Positions 11,387-23,278 of a stretch of 64,000 bases of DNA are shown in pieces. The notes under the pieces were generated by a model. The model was not told where the DNA came from and did not search any database. It saw nothing but the letters and a program-made list of their open reading frames with translations. This DNA is from Amoebophrya sp. A120. Taxonomy: Eukaryota; Protista; Dinoflagellata. Each line of letters begins with the position of its first letter. The stretch's first letter is position 1. The position numbers and the translations under genes were made by a program. Location: positions 2,258,166 to 2,322,165 of the forward strand of contig CAJINV010000012.1 in NCBI GenBank assembly GCA_905178155.1, given 5' to 3'.

Positions 11387-13609
11387 TCACATTTCAAAAA
11401 CTAACAAAAAATGTCTCCGCTGCGGAGCCGTGGGAGAGGTCGTGGCTTTCATTTGGCCATGCAAGCACATATGCACGACAAGTGTGGGGTGGGTGCGATT
11501 TTTACACAAGATAGTCGTCAGCAAGTTGCTCACGGTCGGGTTTTTAGATTTTGATTTTGTTTCAGAAACCGGGGCCGGGATAGGATCTTCTTCCGCGAGC
11601 TTCTTCTTGTTCTTCCCCCGCCAGCGAGAAAAACAACAAGACAGCGCGAGTAAGACCGCCGCCAGAACAAGTGCCAACAGCATGCTGAAAATCCATGACG
11701 CTTCGTCTACATCACGGGAAACCATTGCTGTACCCGGCAAGCCTTCCGTTTCTGCCAGAAGACGTGTGTCCCCGGGTCCTTTGACGATCGGGGCCGCATG
11801 TGGCTGAGTGCAGGGCAACACCGTGCATGGCTGGGCAGCTGTCGTCTGCTGTGATGTTTCGCTTGTACTAGTACTAGTGAGAACCTGCGATTGTGAAGCC
11901 TGGGACTGCTGAAATTCCTCTGCCGCAGACGTTTTCTTCGCGAGCGTGGTGCCTGCTGTTTCCGAGGAGAACGAATGTGCGCTGCTGGGTGTGTTCGCAG
12001 CACCATTGCTATCAGATGACTCCGGGAACGCGTCTGTCGTGCTTCCATTTGCGCCCGAGTCGCGTTTGTCCAGCTCACTTTGGGAGGCTTCTGACAAAAA
12101 CGACGTCGCATATTTTGGATGCGCAACATTTTCTCCAGCTTGCCAGGATATGGGCCGCGGATCCTGAGGTTTGCCGCTTCGCAGTTGATTCTCAACTTCA
12201 GAGGGGAGGTCACATTTTTTGCCGCTGCCACATCGGTTGCACCAGCCTTCCAGTGTAGTTGATATTGGAAGCGATTTTTGTCCTTGCATTTTTCTCGCCT
12301 GTTCGGAGAAACGAAATGCTTCCGCAACTGCTCCTTGCTGACGATTTGGAGAAGCCTCGCCCTGGCCATACACATAAATACGGACGCTCGAGAGTCTTTC
12401 AGGATCACCCAGCTTACCACGAAGAGGAGCAAACGCCACGCTCATTTCCGTTTTGATCAGCCCTTTCTCCTTTTCCGCAATTACCACGCAGCGATTGTTC
12501 AGTGCGTTCTTATCAAAAGACCAGTTACAGTCATTGGGCTTCGGCGTCTGTATCTGGTCATTTTCTTTTTTCCAAGAAATAACTGCAAAGGAGCCCCAGC
12601 CGGACCACATATCTTCTGCGCCATGGTTCGGTGGTGTATAGAATGGCGCAGAAAAAATATGATGCGTAGGAAGTTGTACAATTTTCGCTCGCCCTCGCGC
12701 TGTTAGTGTTTGTGTTTCTGTTTTGAAACTGATGGGAACGCGTTCTGCCACATGCCCTCTGAAACCACGTTGGATGTCCTCGACCGTTGCGTAATCCAAA
12801 GGCGTGATGTGAACACGGGGATGAGCAGGCGTCCCGTCAATCTGGGTTGACCCCGCCGCGTTGGCACTCACCAAAGCCTCGCCCATCACTACGGCACTTG
12901 GAGGAAGTGTGGGGAGTAACTTAGCGAGAAAGTAATCGGATATGATCTCGTCATCATATCCATCGGCAATGTCCGGATGATAACTATCTCCCATCGACTG
13001 GAGTCCGCTCCCGTCGCTCTTCCCGCGGAGCAAAAACACATCCTCCGGAAACTTCGCTCGTAGTAACTTCAGAAGCTGGATGGTGGGTAAACTCTGCTCT
13101 CCGCTGACAGCGTCTGATAATGTCCCATTATTTTCACCGAGGTCGTCGATAATGAAAATGATTTTGCTCGGTGCCCGTGGAGGGTGAGGTCCTGTGGTCG
13201 TCCATACGTTTCCTTCTACCGGCAGACTGCTGAGGATGCTCAGCGTGTCATCAAAAGCCGAAAGATTTTTTGCAACTACAACAACGTCCGCGCACGTGTT
13301 TTTTTGTTCATCTGGAGCATCAGCTTCTGTTTTTATTTCTGGCTCGGGGCTGGCGCAAAGGACAAGCGTGCTATCAGGTTGTACTGGATTTTGTTCTTGT
13401 GCCTGCGTGTAGAGGTTGTGGATAATTTCCATGTTATGCCTATTCTTTAACTGGTCTCGCAACTCTTTTGATTTTTGCCCACCATCTTGGAGAAGAAAAC
13501 CTGGGTCTGTCAGTGCGCCATTGAAATTTTTGACCAACTCGTCTGGAAGCGCCTTCGCCTGCGCCTCGTCTTCGCAAAATTCTTTCAATGCTGACCCCAC
13601 ACTTCCCAT
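11387..13609 (-). CDS. PPP-family (calcineurin-like) pseudo-phosphatase with Ser/Thr-rich stalk and C-terminal transmembrane helix
   Basis: Degenerate PPP motifs in the expected order: VVVVAKNLSAFDD, IIFIIDDLGENNG, SLPTIQLLKLLRAKFPEDVFLLRGKSD, HIFSAPFY. TM WIFSMLLALVLAAVLLALSCCF followed by basic residues. Both ends may be spliced further. Confidence 0.7.
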   Translation of the reverse strand: MGSVGSALKEFCEDEAQAKALPDELVKNFNGALTDPGFLLQDGGQKSKELRDQLKNRHNMEIIHNLYTQAQEQNPVQPDSTLVLCASPEPEIKTEADAPDEQKNTCADVVVVAKNLSAFDDTLSILSSLPVEGNVWTTTGPHPPRAPSKIIFIIDDLGENNGTLSDAVSGEQSLPTIQLLKLLRAKFPEDVFLLRGKSDGSGLQSMGDSYHPDIADGYDDEIISDYFLAKLLPTLPPSAVVMGEALVSANAAGSTQIDGTPAHPRVHITPLDYATVEDIQRGFRGHVAERVPISFKTETQTLTARGRAKIVQLPTHHIFSAPFYTPPNHGAEDMWSGWGSFAVISWKKENDQIQTPKPNDCNWSFDKNALNNRCVVIAEKEKGLIKTEMSVAFAPLRGKLGDPERLSSVRIYVYGQGEASPNRQQGAVAEAFRFSEQARKMQGQKSLPISTTLEGWCNRCGSGKKCDLPSEVENQLRSGKPQDPRPISWQAGENVAHPKYATSFLSEASQSELDKRDSGANGSTTDAFPESSDSNGAANTPSSAHSFSSETAGTTLAKKTSAAEEFQQSQASQSQVLTSTSTSETSQQTTAAQPCTVLPCTQPHAAPIVKGPGDTRLLAETEGLPGTAMVSRDVDEASWIFSMLLALVLAAVLLALSCCFSRWRGKNKKKLAEEDPIPAPVSETKSKSKNPTVSNLLTTILCKNRTHPTLVVHMCLHGQMKATTSPTAPQRRHFLLVFEM

Positions 13610-14431
13610 AATTTATGTCTCTGCTTCTCGAGTATAACAAAAACTATGGGCAACAGAGGTCTTGCTCTTGCGCCCACTGCCATAAAGAGATGTAAACAGA
13701 AACACTACGATGAAAAAAATGGAATAAACAAGCACAGCAAGAAAGTGACCATGAACATGATTTATTCCGAAACAGTTCAAACCCGCTAGTTCGGCTAGTG
13801 CATTTCAGAAACACGTTTCTTCAATGTCTCAATGTCATAGCTGATAAAAATCTGAATATAATAGTCCAAAGAATCAATAAATCCTTCGGGAATCAATGGG
13901 CAACAACTAGAGGATGCGTCCGACTGTCGTCCTGTACTTTGACCAAAAGCAAAGCCAGGGTAGAGCAGATGAGAAGCTGAAAATATAGGGTCATGATTCA
14001 TGTCCGGCACACCAGCTGGAGAACGACATTACGCTTACGCGAGACGAACGACGATGTAATATAGTCACGAGTATAACGAGGCAGCGCGACGTGAACGAAG
14101 CAGGATTGGAAACCGAGCCCTTTCTGTTCAACCCGATGCAGTCAGATTCAGAGAATGGACACTACTACTACCACAACGACAACTACCTCTACAGACACTG
14201 ACATCCAAAGCTAGCGTTTTCGACGTGAGCATATATTCAGAAATGTATCTACCATCATCCTATCCACGAGAACCAGGAGGTACGGTTTGAGGATTGAAAA
14301 ATGCGGAGAAACACGGCTGTAGGAAATGTTAGCACAACGACCACGATTCGGTGGACATCGCTTTCGATACTCATCGCGCAAGTTCAATTTAATACTGCCC
14401 AAACAGATAGAAAAACCAGCGACAAATGATC

Positions 14432-17400
14432 CTATCTGCCCCCATCAAGAAACGGGTTCACTTCCACCTGAACCTGTGCGCTGTCTAGCTCATCCTCGGC
14501 GTAGTGGTCTAAACCCCGTCGGCGTCTATCGTTATACTTGTTTGGATTATCGCCACTATTGTTCACGCCCAACACCAACCTCTTTTTGCTACTGCTACTA
14601 CCCAGCAACTTCTTCTCTTTAATACCGGCGCTCGAGGTTTGAAGATTGTCAGCACCCGCGCCGCCAGACTTGCTTTGCATCCTTTTATACAGCTTGTCGT
14701 ACGTCATTTCCAGCAATTTCACCATCGCCAACGACTCCTTTCCTGAGCCTTTTGACGAGTTCTTGCCGCCACGACCATACTTGCTTCTTCGCTTGTTTTC
14801 CCCATTATGTCCAAACTCTTTTTCCACTTTCATCGCGATTTTCTTTTTCATCTTCTCCGCCTGGGCCGCTTTTTTCCGCTCGAGTTTTAACTTCTGTTCA
14901 ACTTTCGTCAACTTCTCCTCGAAGAATTGCTTCTGGTCCTCGATCTCCTGTTGGAGCAAAAGTTTCTCCTTATCGTGATCGCTGACAGATTTCGTGTTCT
15001 GGTAACTCTTATCAAGTGCAAATATTTCTGGGTCTAAAAACTTCTGATGCTGGGTGGCGTATCATGAGGAGGCCACAAGTCCTGGCTCAACATGGCAAGT
15101 TTCTGAGCTGCTTCTAGGTGTTGCGTATTCTGCACGACAAACTGTGTCTCTGCCTGACAAAATATTGGAGCTCTTGGGTCATGTGCATGAGAGATTTCAG
15201 AGTCATGCCAGACAAGCATGACAAACATGCATTTTTCCAGCCCCAGACATATTTGCACTTGATAACTCTCCTCCGCTAGCTCTTCCTGTTCGCGGAGAAA
15301 TCTTTCCCGCTCCTCTAACTCCTCTTCCAAACCCCGCTTGAAAACAATCTCCTTCTGGATCTCCCTGTCAATCTCATCCTGCCGGGATTCGAAGGTCCTG
15401 TCTACTTTGATGTCATGCGGTTTTTCTAGATCATCATCGAGAGCATCCTGATTATGTGCAGCCAAGAGATGAAGATGATGTCGGCTTTCTTGCACATTTG
15501 TCGTCACCATGAGCTCCTGGAGTTCCAATCTCTGCTTCAAAATTTCCTCTTCCAACTTCCGACTGACAGCCCGCTTTTCTTCCAGAAGCTCCTTATCCTT
15601 CTGCGCAATCTGGATCTTCTCCAGCAGTTTCCCGGTTTCCACCTTCCCTCTTTCAATCGTCTCATTCAAGTCGTTCGTCAGCTTGGACGCTTTCGCGGAC
15701 GCTATTGGAGAGAGGACGGAGGCGGCGGGGGAGAGAGGTTTATTTTCACCAACTTGAACAAGAACTTGTTCGGGGGCTCCTCCTGCGGTAAAATTTTCAT
15801 CTTCGGGTAAAATCATCTTCGTGTTGTTATCTTTCGAAGTTAGCACCACACTGCTCGCACTGTCCGCCCCAGACAGGATATCAAAGTCGTTGTAGTAGGC
15901 CACAGCACTCTTTCCTCCTCCTCTTGGACTCGGGGCTCCGCCGATCTTCTTCGGCCCTCCACTGGGAGATGATGACGTCATCGGAGACATCCCGCTATTC
16001 AACCCAACGTTCCCGGTCTGCCCGGTTGTTCTTAATTGTCTCCTTCGCGCCAATTCCGCGTCTAATTTCGAGTTGTACTTGTCCCACTTATCGGTTTCTT
16101 TCGCCGCTACAATTGCGCTCGCGTCCTCGATGCCCTGTTTCACCATGCTCGTGATCGCCGCCTGTCTCTCGATCGACCGGCTCGTCTATCCTGAGTAAAA
16201 ACGTCCCCACACCAGAGTTGTCATGCAAATGTGCAATGACAGGGACATTTGTATCGCGCAGCTCCATGAGAGGAATTTCCAATCGTCGTGCTTTGGAATC
16301 TGTCATGCTGCAAACAGGATGCGAAAGTGGCTTTCTTATGCGCCTTCTCTTGCTAATCAGCACTACGCTGCAGAGGGGAAGAACTTGTCATGCACAGCTC
16401 CCAAAGCTTGGAGATTTGTGTTGCTAGATTCCCAACTTGACTATGGGGTCGTGGGGACGTTTTTACAAACGATATCGTCGCTTTCTGTTGCAACGAACTC
16501 GGGTGCGTCCGTTGCAACTGCTCCATGGCACCGCGGGCGCCTAGAGAAACGGAGAGACTTTCCCTCGCTTCCCGTAGCAACTTGTCCAGCCCCCGGAAGT
16601 TCCGGTCCTTCGCCTGGTCGCGCGCCTCGTGGCGCCGGATCACTTCTAAAGCGGTGACGAGCGGCTTGAAAGCGGACACCGTGTCCGTTTTCGCGAAGTG
16701 CTCGTCGAACAGCACCCTGTTCAACTTCCCCAAAATTTCCAGCGCGGACAAGTCGTGCGGGTCCATCCTGTTGTCGATAATGGACTGCTGGATCGCCGGG
16801 TTGTTCTGGTAGCTGTCCAGAAACCCGTAGGCCTGATTAGACAGCTTCCCCAGACCCGGCACGGCTCGCGCGTCCGCGCTCAAGGGCAGCTGCGGTGCTT
16901 GTCCAGCCTATCCTGAGGAAAAATGTCCCCACACCAGATTCAAGGTGGGAAATTTGCTAGACAAATCAACCAGCTTTGGCTGTTTCGCATGACAAGTCCT
17001 CTACCCTCGTAGTGTAATCCTGTTTAGCTAGTTCGGAAGCTGCATCACAGATCTAGCATATCATGCTGATTCTACCATCACAAATTTCAAAACACGAAGA
17101 GAGCATGTCTCAGATGGGGCTCCGCATGAGAAACTTTTCTGGCATACAGATTTGCATGACAACTCTGGGGTGGGGACGTTTTTACTCAGAATACAGCCTG
17201 TAGATTCATCATTCCCGGTTGCATCATCTGCGCCGTCTGCCCAACCGTCGTTAGCCGCATCTTCGACCCCGCGACACTAGCCGCCCATTTCGACGGCAAT
17301 CTCCGCGACAACCTGCTCGCGACGGAGTTCGCGCACGACCGCACCATCTCCGGCATGCTCGGGGTTCTTCGGACCAAAAAGTAAATCGGCTTGCTGACCT

Positions 17401-19894
17401 CGTTGTTCATGATTTTCTGGCCCAATTTGTCCGCGTTTTCGGCCGTGACTAACACGTCTTTGATCGCCACAATCCTATCCCCTACCCCGAGAAAGCAATC
17501 CGAGCCCCAGCTGCCCTGCGTGACGGACTTGATTTCCAGATTCCCGGAGGAACCGGAAAGCTGCAAGCCTAGTTGCTTCGACGTGTTGTACTCCAACTGT
17601 GCGTACTGTCTTTCGTACCTCTCCCGGAAGAAGACAAACCTGGCCGAGGGCTCTCCCGATTGCCGCTTGGCCATCGTGTCTTGGATTTTCTTGATGATCG
17701 CGTCGTCGGGGGATTCCTTCGAGAACGTCTCCCACTGCTGCACTGCGGTGATCCTATCCTTGTAAATCTGCACCAAAATGTCGTTCATCTGCACGCCCGC
17801 GGCCGTCGACCGGTTTTCCGTGGAACTGTCCACGTTGATCACCCGCACAAAAGGAAACGCCGTCCAGTCGAGCTGAAACCCAAACAACCGGTGCAGCTTT
17901 TCCCGTGAGTTCAGCGTCGAGCTGTTCAAAATTTGCGCATCCAGGGATCGTTGCTCCCAACCAGTCAACCCTAATTCCTTGACATCCTTCGCGGAAGCGA
18001 GGTAGGGAATTTGGAACGGGATACTAGAACTGCCTGAACCACTGCCAGATGCCTTGTTTCCACCGGGCGCACCACTTCCACCTTCCTCCGGCTTGCCCCG
18101 GGCACTGGACGGACGATCGGCTCCGCTCCGCGCACTGGACGGGCGGTCGTTGCGACCGGGAGATGGAGTAGGTGATTTATTACTACCCCCAGCGGGTTGG
18201 TCCGGGATTTTTGCGTGGTCGGACGCTGGTGATTTCGAGTCGTCCACTTTCCTTCTCCATTTCTCCGGCAAATCGCGCTTCACATCCGTCATCCGGGAAA
18301 ACGTCAGTTGGTCGAACTCCTTCGCGCGTCTGACCAAGTAATGCTGGTTGGCTTTCGGTTTCTTACACAATTCTTCTATTTTCTCCGGCTCCTTCTCTGC
18401 CAGAATGTCGTTCAAAAGCACAATGCTGTCCCCCTTTTGCAGCCCTCTTCTGTCCGCCCAGCCGTTGGGTTTTACATCCAGGATTTTCTTCCCGGAAACG
18501 CTCATATCCAGCTCGGGCACGTCGGATTTTAGCTGCACGTAGAAATTCGCGTACTTCGCCCGGAGGAAGAAAAAACTCGCGATTACCTTTTCCTTCTTCA
18601 TCACCCGTCGGCCAATTTTCGCGATCACGGCGTCATTCGGCGAGTCTTCTGAGGGGGCTTCCCAACTGGCGACCTGGGTGATCCTTTCCCCACAGATGGA
18701 GAGAATCATGTCCCCGACCACCACTTTGGCCTTGGCCGTTCGTGTATCAAATGCAAATATGTCTGGGTCTGGAAGGATGCGAACTTGTGATGCGTGGTGC
18801 GGATCATACAAAAATCTGTGGTGCATGACTTGCAAAAGGTCCCCATTTCTAGCCATGCCGAAGGGGCATTTCTCATGCAGAATAGGCATCACCAAGGGGC
18901 TGCAGAACCTGTGATGCTAAGCCCTGCATTCGAGACTTGGCGGAGCTTGGAAAAACTGCATGACAAATCTCAGAATCTTCCAGACCCAGACATTTTTGCA
19001 TTTGATATCGTGACGGCTGCCCGTCGTCGTTGGTGTCTCGAGCCTCCGCGTATCCACAGTAAATTTCCCGTACACGTACAAATGCGGTCTCTGCATGACA
19101 AAACTGGGCTTCGATCCTAGTCTAGCATGACAAGTTTTACGCTCCAATTTGGTGGAGTTTGTGATGCATGTTGTACATGTACGGGAAATTTGTATTGCAT
19201 ACCGCGACGTAAACCTTCGGGAAAGCCGTCCAGTCCAGCTTCATCCCGAACAATTTGAGAAATTTTTTGTCGGAGGGGATCGCTTTGTCCTTCAGCGTAT
19301 CGAAATCGATGGAGCCCTGCTCCCACCCGGTCCCCTATGCGTTGCAAATACGTCTGGGTCTGGAAGGTTGCAACTTGTGATGCTGTCTTTGGATTCCAAA
19401 AAGATCTGCATTGCATGACCAGCATGAGGAGTAGGCTTTGTGCTCCGCGGAGAAGGCGTTTGTCATGCGGAAGAGGAATGAGGAAGCGCTCTATCTGTGA
19501 GTGATGCTAGACCATGCATCACAGGCATCATGGATCACGCAACATATGCATGACAAATCTTGCAATCTCGCAGACCCAGACATATTTGCATTTGATATCC
19601 CCCCATACTCGGCGATGTTCTTCACGCCGGTCAGGTAGGAGTATAACGGTGCACAACTCCCCCTCCCCCTCATTTGTATAGCCTGAACGGCAATACAAGC
19701 ATCAGCAAGAATGCCGGTTTTGCACGACAAATTTGCACTGGAGTATAGTGCTATTGGGGCTACCAGAACTTGTCATGCAAACAGTGCCACGAAACAAAGG
19801 GTGGATTGGGTGTTTTGCATGACAAATGAGGGGAAGGGGAACTTGTGCACTGTCATAAGGAGGGCAGGTACGGGGGTGGGGCGGATTTGGACAT
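14432..19894 (-). CDS. Large protein with internally duplicated PDZ-like N-terminal unit and C-terminal coiled coil; 7 introner insertions
   Basis: ATG 19894 (MSKSAPPPYLPSYLTGVKNIAEYGGTGWEQ). All 7 element removals are in frame. PDZ-like segments DVKPNGWADRRGLQKGDSIVLLND and SVTQGSWGSDCFLGVGDRIVAIKD. Confidence 0.85.
15010..15264. mobile_element. Introner/MITE family B
   Basis: Ends tatcaagtgcaaatat...atatttgcacttgata; repeat actct; removal restores E-E-S-Y-Q-N. Confidence 0.95.
16187..16474. mobile_element. Introner/MITE family G
   Basis: Ends tatcctgagtaaaaacgtccccac...gtggggacgtttttacaaacgata; repeat tcgtc. Confidence 0.95.
16909..17193. mobile_element. Introner/MITE family G
   Basis: Ends tatcctgaggaaaaatgtccccac...gtggggacgtttttactcagaata; repeat cagcc. 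Confidence 0.95.
18745..19007. mobile_element. Introner/MITE family B
   Basis: Ends tatcaaatgcaaatatgtctgggtctggaag...cttccagacccagacatttttgcatttgata; repeat tcgtg. Confidence 0.95.
19051..19201. mobile_element. Introner/MITE family C
   Basis: Ends tatccacagtaaatttcccgtaca...tgtacgggaaatttgtattgcata; repeat ccgcg. Confidence 0.93.
19336..19597. mobile_element. Introner/MITE family B
   Basis: Ends tatgcgttgcaaatacgtctgggtctg...cagacccagacatatttgcatttgata; repeat tcccc. Confidence 0.95.
19642..19857. mobile_element. Introner/MITE family F
   Basis: Ends tataacggtgcacaactccccctcccc...ggggaaggggaacttgtgcactgtcata; repeat aggag. Confidence 0.93.
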
Positions 19895-20997
19895 GATGGT
19901 CGTGATAGATTATCAAGCGACGTTGACGTTGGGATTGGACTAAAGGTCGTGGAGTTAGATCATGCTAAGTAAAGGCACCATACAAATCTAGTGAAGTGAA
20001 AACAAAAAGGAAATACATGCTTGCCGGGAAGGGTATCATGGGTTGTACAACAAATGCAGCACATATTGTAGACTACTAGAACTAGACAAAGAAACTACGA
20101 AGAAATATCTTGGCGGGTAAGGGTATTGCTGAAACATGGTCGTGAGGTCCTGGTGAAAAAAGTTTCAACAAGGCAGACGCAATTAAAAACTTAGACGTAC
20201 ACTTTTCTGATAAACAAATCATACGAGTCCTCGGTTCGTTCGACCTGCACTTTATCAAACGGAAGATGGACGTGGTGTCGTGTACGATTGAAGACGAGGA
20301 CTGGACGAGTCGAGCAGTATTAACGACGCATGAATAAAAGCACAACTTTTACGACCGATGGATTCTGTACTGCTACGCGTTTTCGCGACGACTATATCAA
20401 GAACCGAAACTCGTGTGTGGTTTGATTTCAAAACACCGACCGGAGCAGCGCAGCTTTAATACGCACGAAAACGTCAGCGTATGATATGCTGTTTTGCAAA
20501 ACAGTAACGAGACAGATTCGAAATCGCACGGAGGCAAGTGTGTGGTGCCTATGCGTATCCGAAAATAGCCGTATGTGCGCAGCTTGGAAGCAAGTTGTTG
20601 GCTCGATTTTCATCTTGCTATCGCCATTCGTTCTAATCTCCTGGCGTTTCTGAAGAAACAGCGCACAACAAGCAGGTCCTGGAGTTTTAATAGCACTTGT
20701 CCGATATTGAAATTTCAAACCCGTCAAAAATCGTACATATTTATTGGTATTTTTGAGAATCCAAGAACTTGCATGTCAAGCTGTATTCTCTAGGAGACTA
20801 AAGAGGTCAGATCACATACAAGCAGTGAAAAGTTTTTACAAAGTATCTGGAATACAAGTACAAGTAGTCGATAGGGGTGGTCCTGGTCTCCCGGCGGAGG
20901 TTGGCGCACAGAGCAGGTGGCAGTACTAGTTTCATCAGTCTTCACAACCAGAACTTATGACCACAACCTCTTTATTGGTTTTGGTGCTCGATGATCA

Positions 20998-21846
20998 TTA
21001 GTACCTCGCTAAATGTACGTAGTTCGGGTCTCTCGCCCTCTCAATGTCGTACATGGTACCGAGCTCGCCGCTCCACGTTCTTGTATCCGTCATATTTTGC
21101 AAGTCCAGCGCCCGGTAGTTGGGTAACCGATTGTGGCCCAGGAGGGAACTCTGCCCCGCGCCGCTGACGTGATATGACCTGCTCAAACGTTACAATCTCA
21201 AACGTTACAATCTCAAACGTTACAATCTAGACAGAGTTTGGATATCTGTGATGCACGAAGTGCATGATCTAGCCAAGTCTCATAGGACTGCGCATGACAA
21301 GTTCCGGAGTCCCAAACCGCACTACAATCTGCGGAAATTTGTGTTGCAGAAAGTGGAATGGTCTGCGAGTCTGTCATGCTCATTATGCAAGACAAATCCC
21401 AGATTCTATTGTAACATTTGAGAAGATTGTAACGCTTGAGCAGGTCATACGTGAGTCACTTGTTTTCTCGTCCTCTTTTGGAAGTAGTGGTAGACAATAT
21501 CCGGGGTGCAATAGAGGACCATGCAATAGGCGAAGGGGAGTATAGCTGTAGAGATTTTGTTTTGCTTTGTTTTTGTGCTGAGGCTGGGAGTTCAACTTAT
21601 AGCTTTGCATGACCAGAAGAATTATACATACGTACTTAAAGTGCGCCGTTCCATAAAATTAAAAACTTGAATTTGATGCTTCGAAAGTAGAACAAAAACT
21701 GTACCGAATCCAATCAACGCAAACAGCATGACCATCGCCCGGTCGGGGCTGTCTTTGAGTTGAAACCCAGCCCACGCGGATTGGACGGACTCCCAAAAGG
21801 AATTGAACCCCATGGCGGCGAGAAAGCCAGTGCTTACGACCACCAT
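20998..21846 (-). CDS. Small hypothetical membrane protein
   Basis: GT-AG intron 21546-21635 plus introner 21173-21449 give a continuous frame; hydrophobic segments AMVMLFALIGFGTVFVLL and ILPFAYCMVLYC. Confidence 0.75.
21173..21449. mobile_element. Introner/MITE family H with subterminal 15-bp tandem repeats
   Basis: Ends tatgacctgctcaa...ttgagcaggtcata; repeat cgtga; ctcaaacgttacaat x3 at about 21182-21226. Confidence 0.95.
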
Positions 21847-23278
21847 GATTTTTTAACGACCTGTATATGATAAAGCAATCGATATCCTTTATTGCAGTAC
21901 AACTACAAAGACAAATTACTGTATTTTCTACAGTAAAACTGTCTTTCTAGATTGATAGTACCTCAACCGTAAGAGGGCACCAGACGTAACTGAGCGCTTT
22001 CGCTTTATACGACGACGAAGGCATGCGTCTCTTTATTTTCGATGACCTTCCCTTGCAGAAAGTGAAAGTTCTTGCAAGTTACGATTGCTAACGAAGGAGG
22101 TAACGCGCTTGAAGCGATATCACGACGAGTAGTTCACAAGTGTAGTTGGAGAGTAGAGCGAGCGCTACAACCTCAACAAATGCATCCAACGAAGTACGTG
22201 GTAACACCGTCTTCAACTACAAATAAATCTACCTTGGGGGCGCGGTCGCTCCACGCTCTGCGGCTCAATTGCTTAAATAGTGGACATTTCGTTTACGACG
22301 AGAACGAGCAGAGACGATATCGATGCTCAGTGCGACACAAGCATGAAACACGAGGACTGGTACCGGAGATAAGAACATGGAGAAAACCATCTCGGACAGC
22401 TCACCGAGCGAGAGGAGCTGCAAGTGCAACTCTACCTGCATTCACTTTTATTAGGCATCCCACGATCGACTTTTCCTTATTCAGGATTATCCGGAAGATC
22501 GTGTCAGACAGTGCAGCTGTATTATTCTCGAAAAGTTGAAATTCGGCTGTTGGTACAAACGGGTGACAATATTAACTCGTCTACGCTCACCGAAAAATCC
22601 ACCAGCAAATCAAAATTTCCAAAAATTGAGCAGGAGTAAAGGAAATAAAATAGAGTGCAATACTATCTTCGCTTCATCGAGCCCACTCAAGGACAACTAT
22701 TTTGCAAGGATAACGTATTTCAAATAAGGTTTCAAATAACAAGGCATTTACCAGACCACAAGCTCTAAAATAGAGTTGTCAAAATTTTCAATCTACAGTT
22801 TTACTTTTTTCTTCACAAACGTGTTTGATTTTGCAGTTTCTCAGCAATGCATTTGCTTGGACCAACTTAAAGATATTCGCGATAGTCACGAAGATTCGTT
22901 TCTTGCAGTGAAGACAAGAAAACAAGACAATTTTGTTTGATTCGTCAATTATGATGATAAAAATTTCCGGCAGCTCGTCGTGTTGATTTCGGAGTCTCGC
23001 CGGCAATGATAAAGTCATTATTTGCGACGGTTTCAGTTTGCAATTTTTTTGTCGCGTTCAACTTGGTACAACTGATTTTTGCCTATAGGATGAAACAGTG
23101 ACACACAGTGCTGAAAGCTAGTACTTAAAAAAGAAAGCTCTGCTTCTGTCTTGCGATCAGAAGTCCTCGATAGCGCAGGGAGCTATCGCGAAGATTCCAG
23201 TTCTCGTTTGGATCAAGTGAAAGCGTTAGACGAATTCCGAATACAACAGCTTGAGCTTGTACTCTCGACCCTATCTTA

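Noticed and set aside
14432-19894. Genes as transposon-disrupted pseudogenes
   Set aside because: Exons lack stops or frameshifts and catalytic motifs are intact after exact removal in every case checked.
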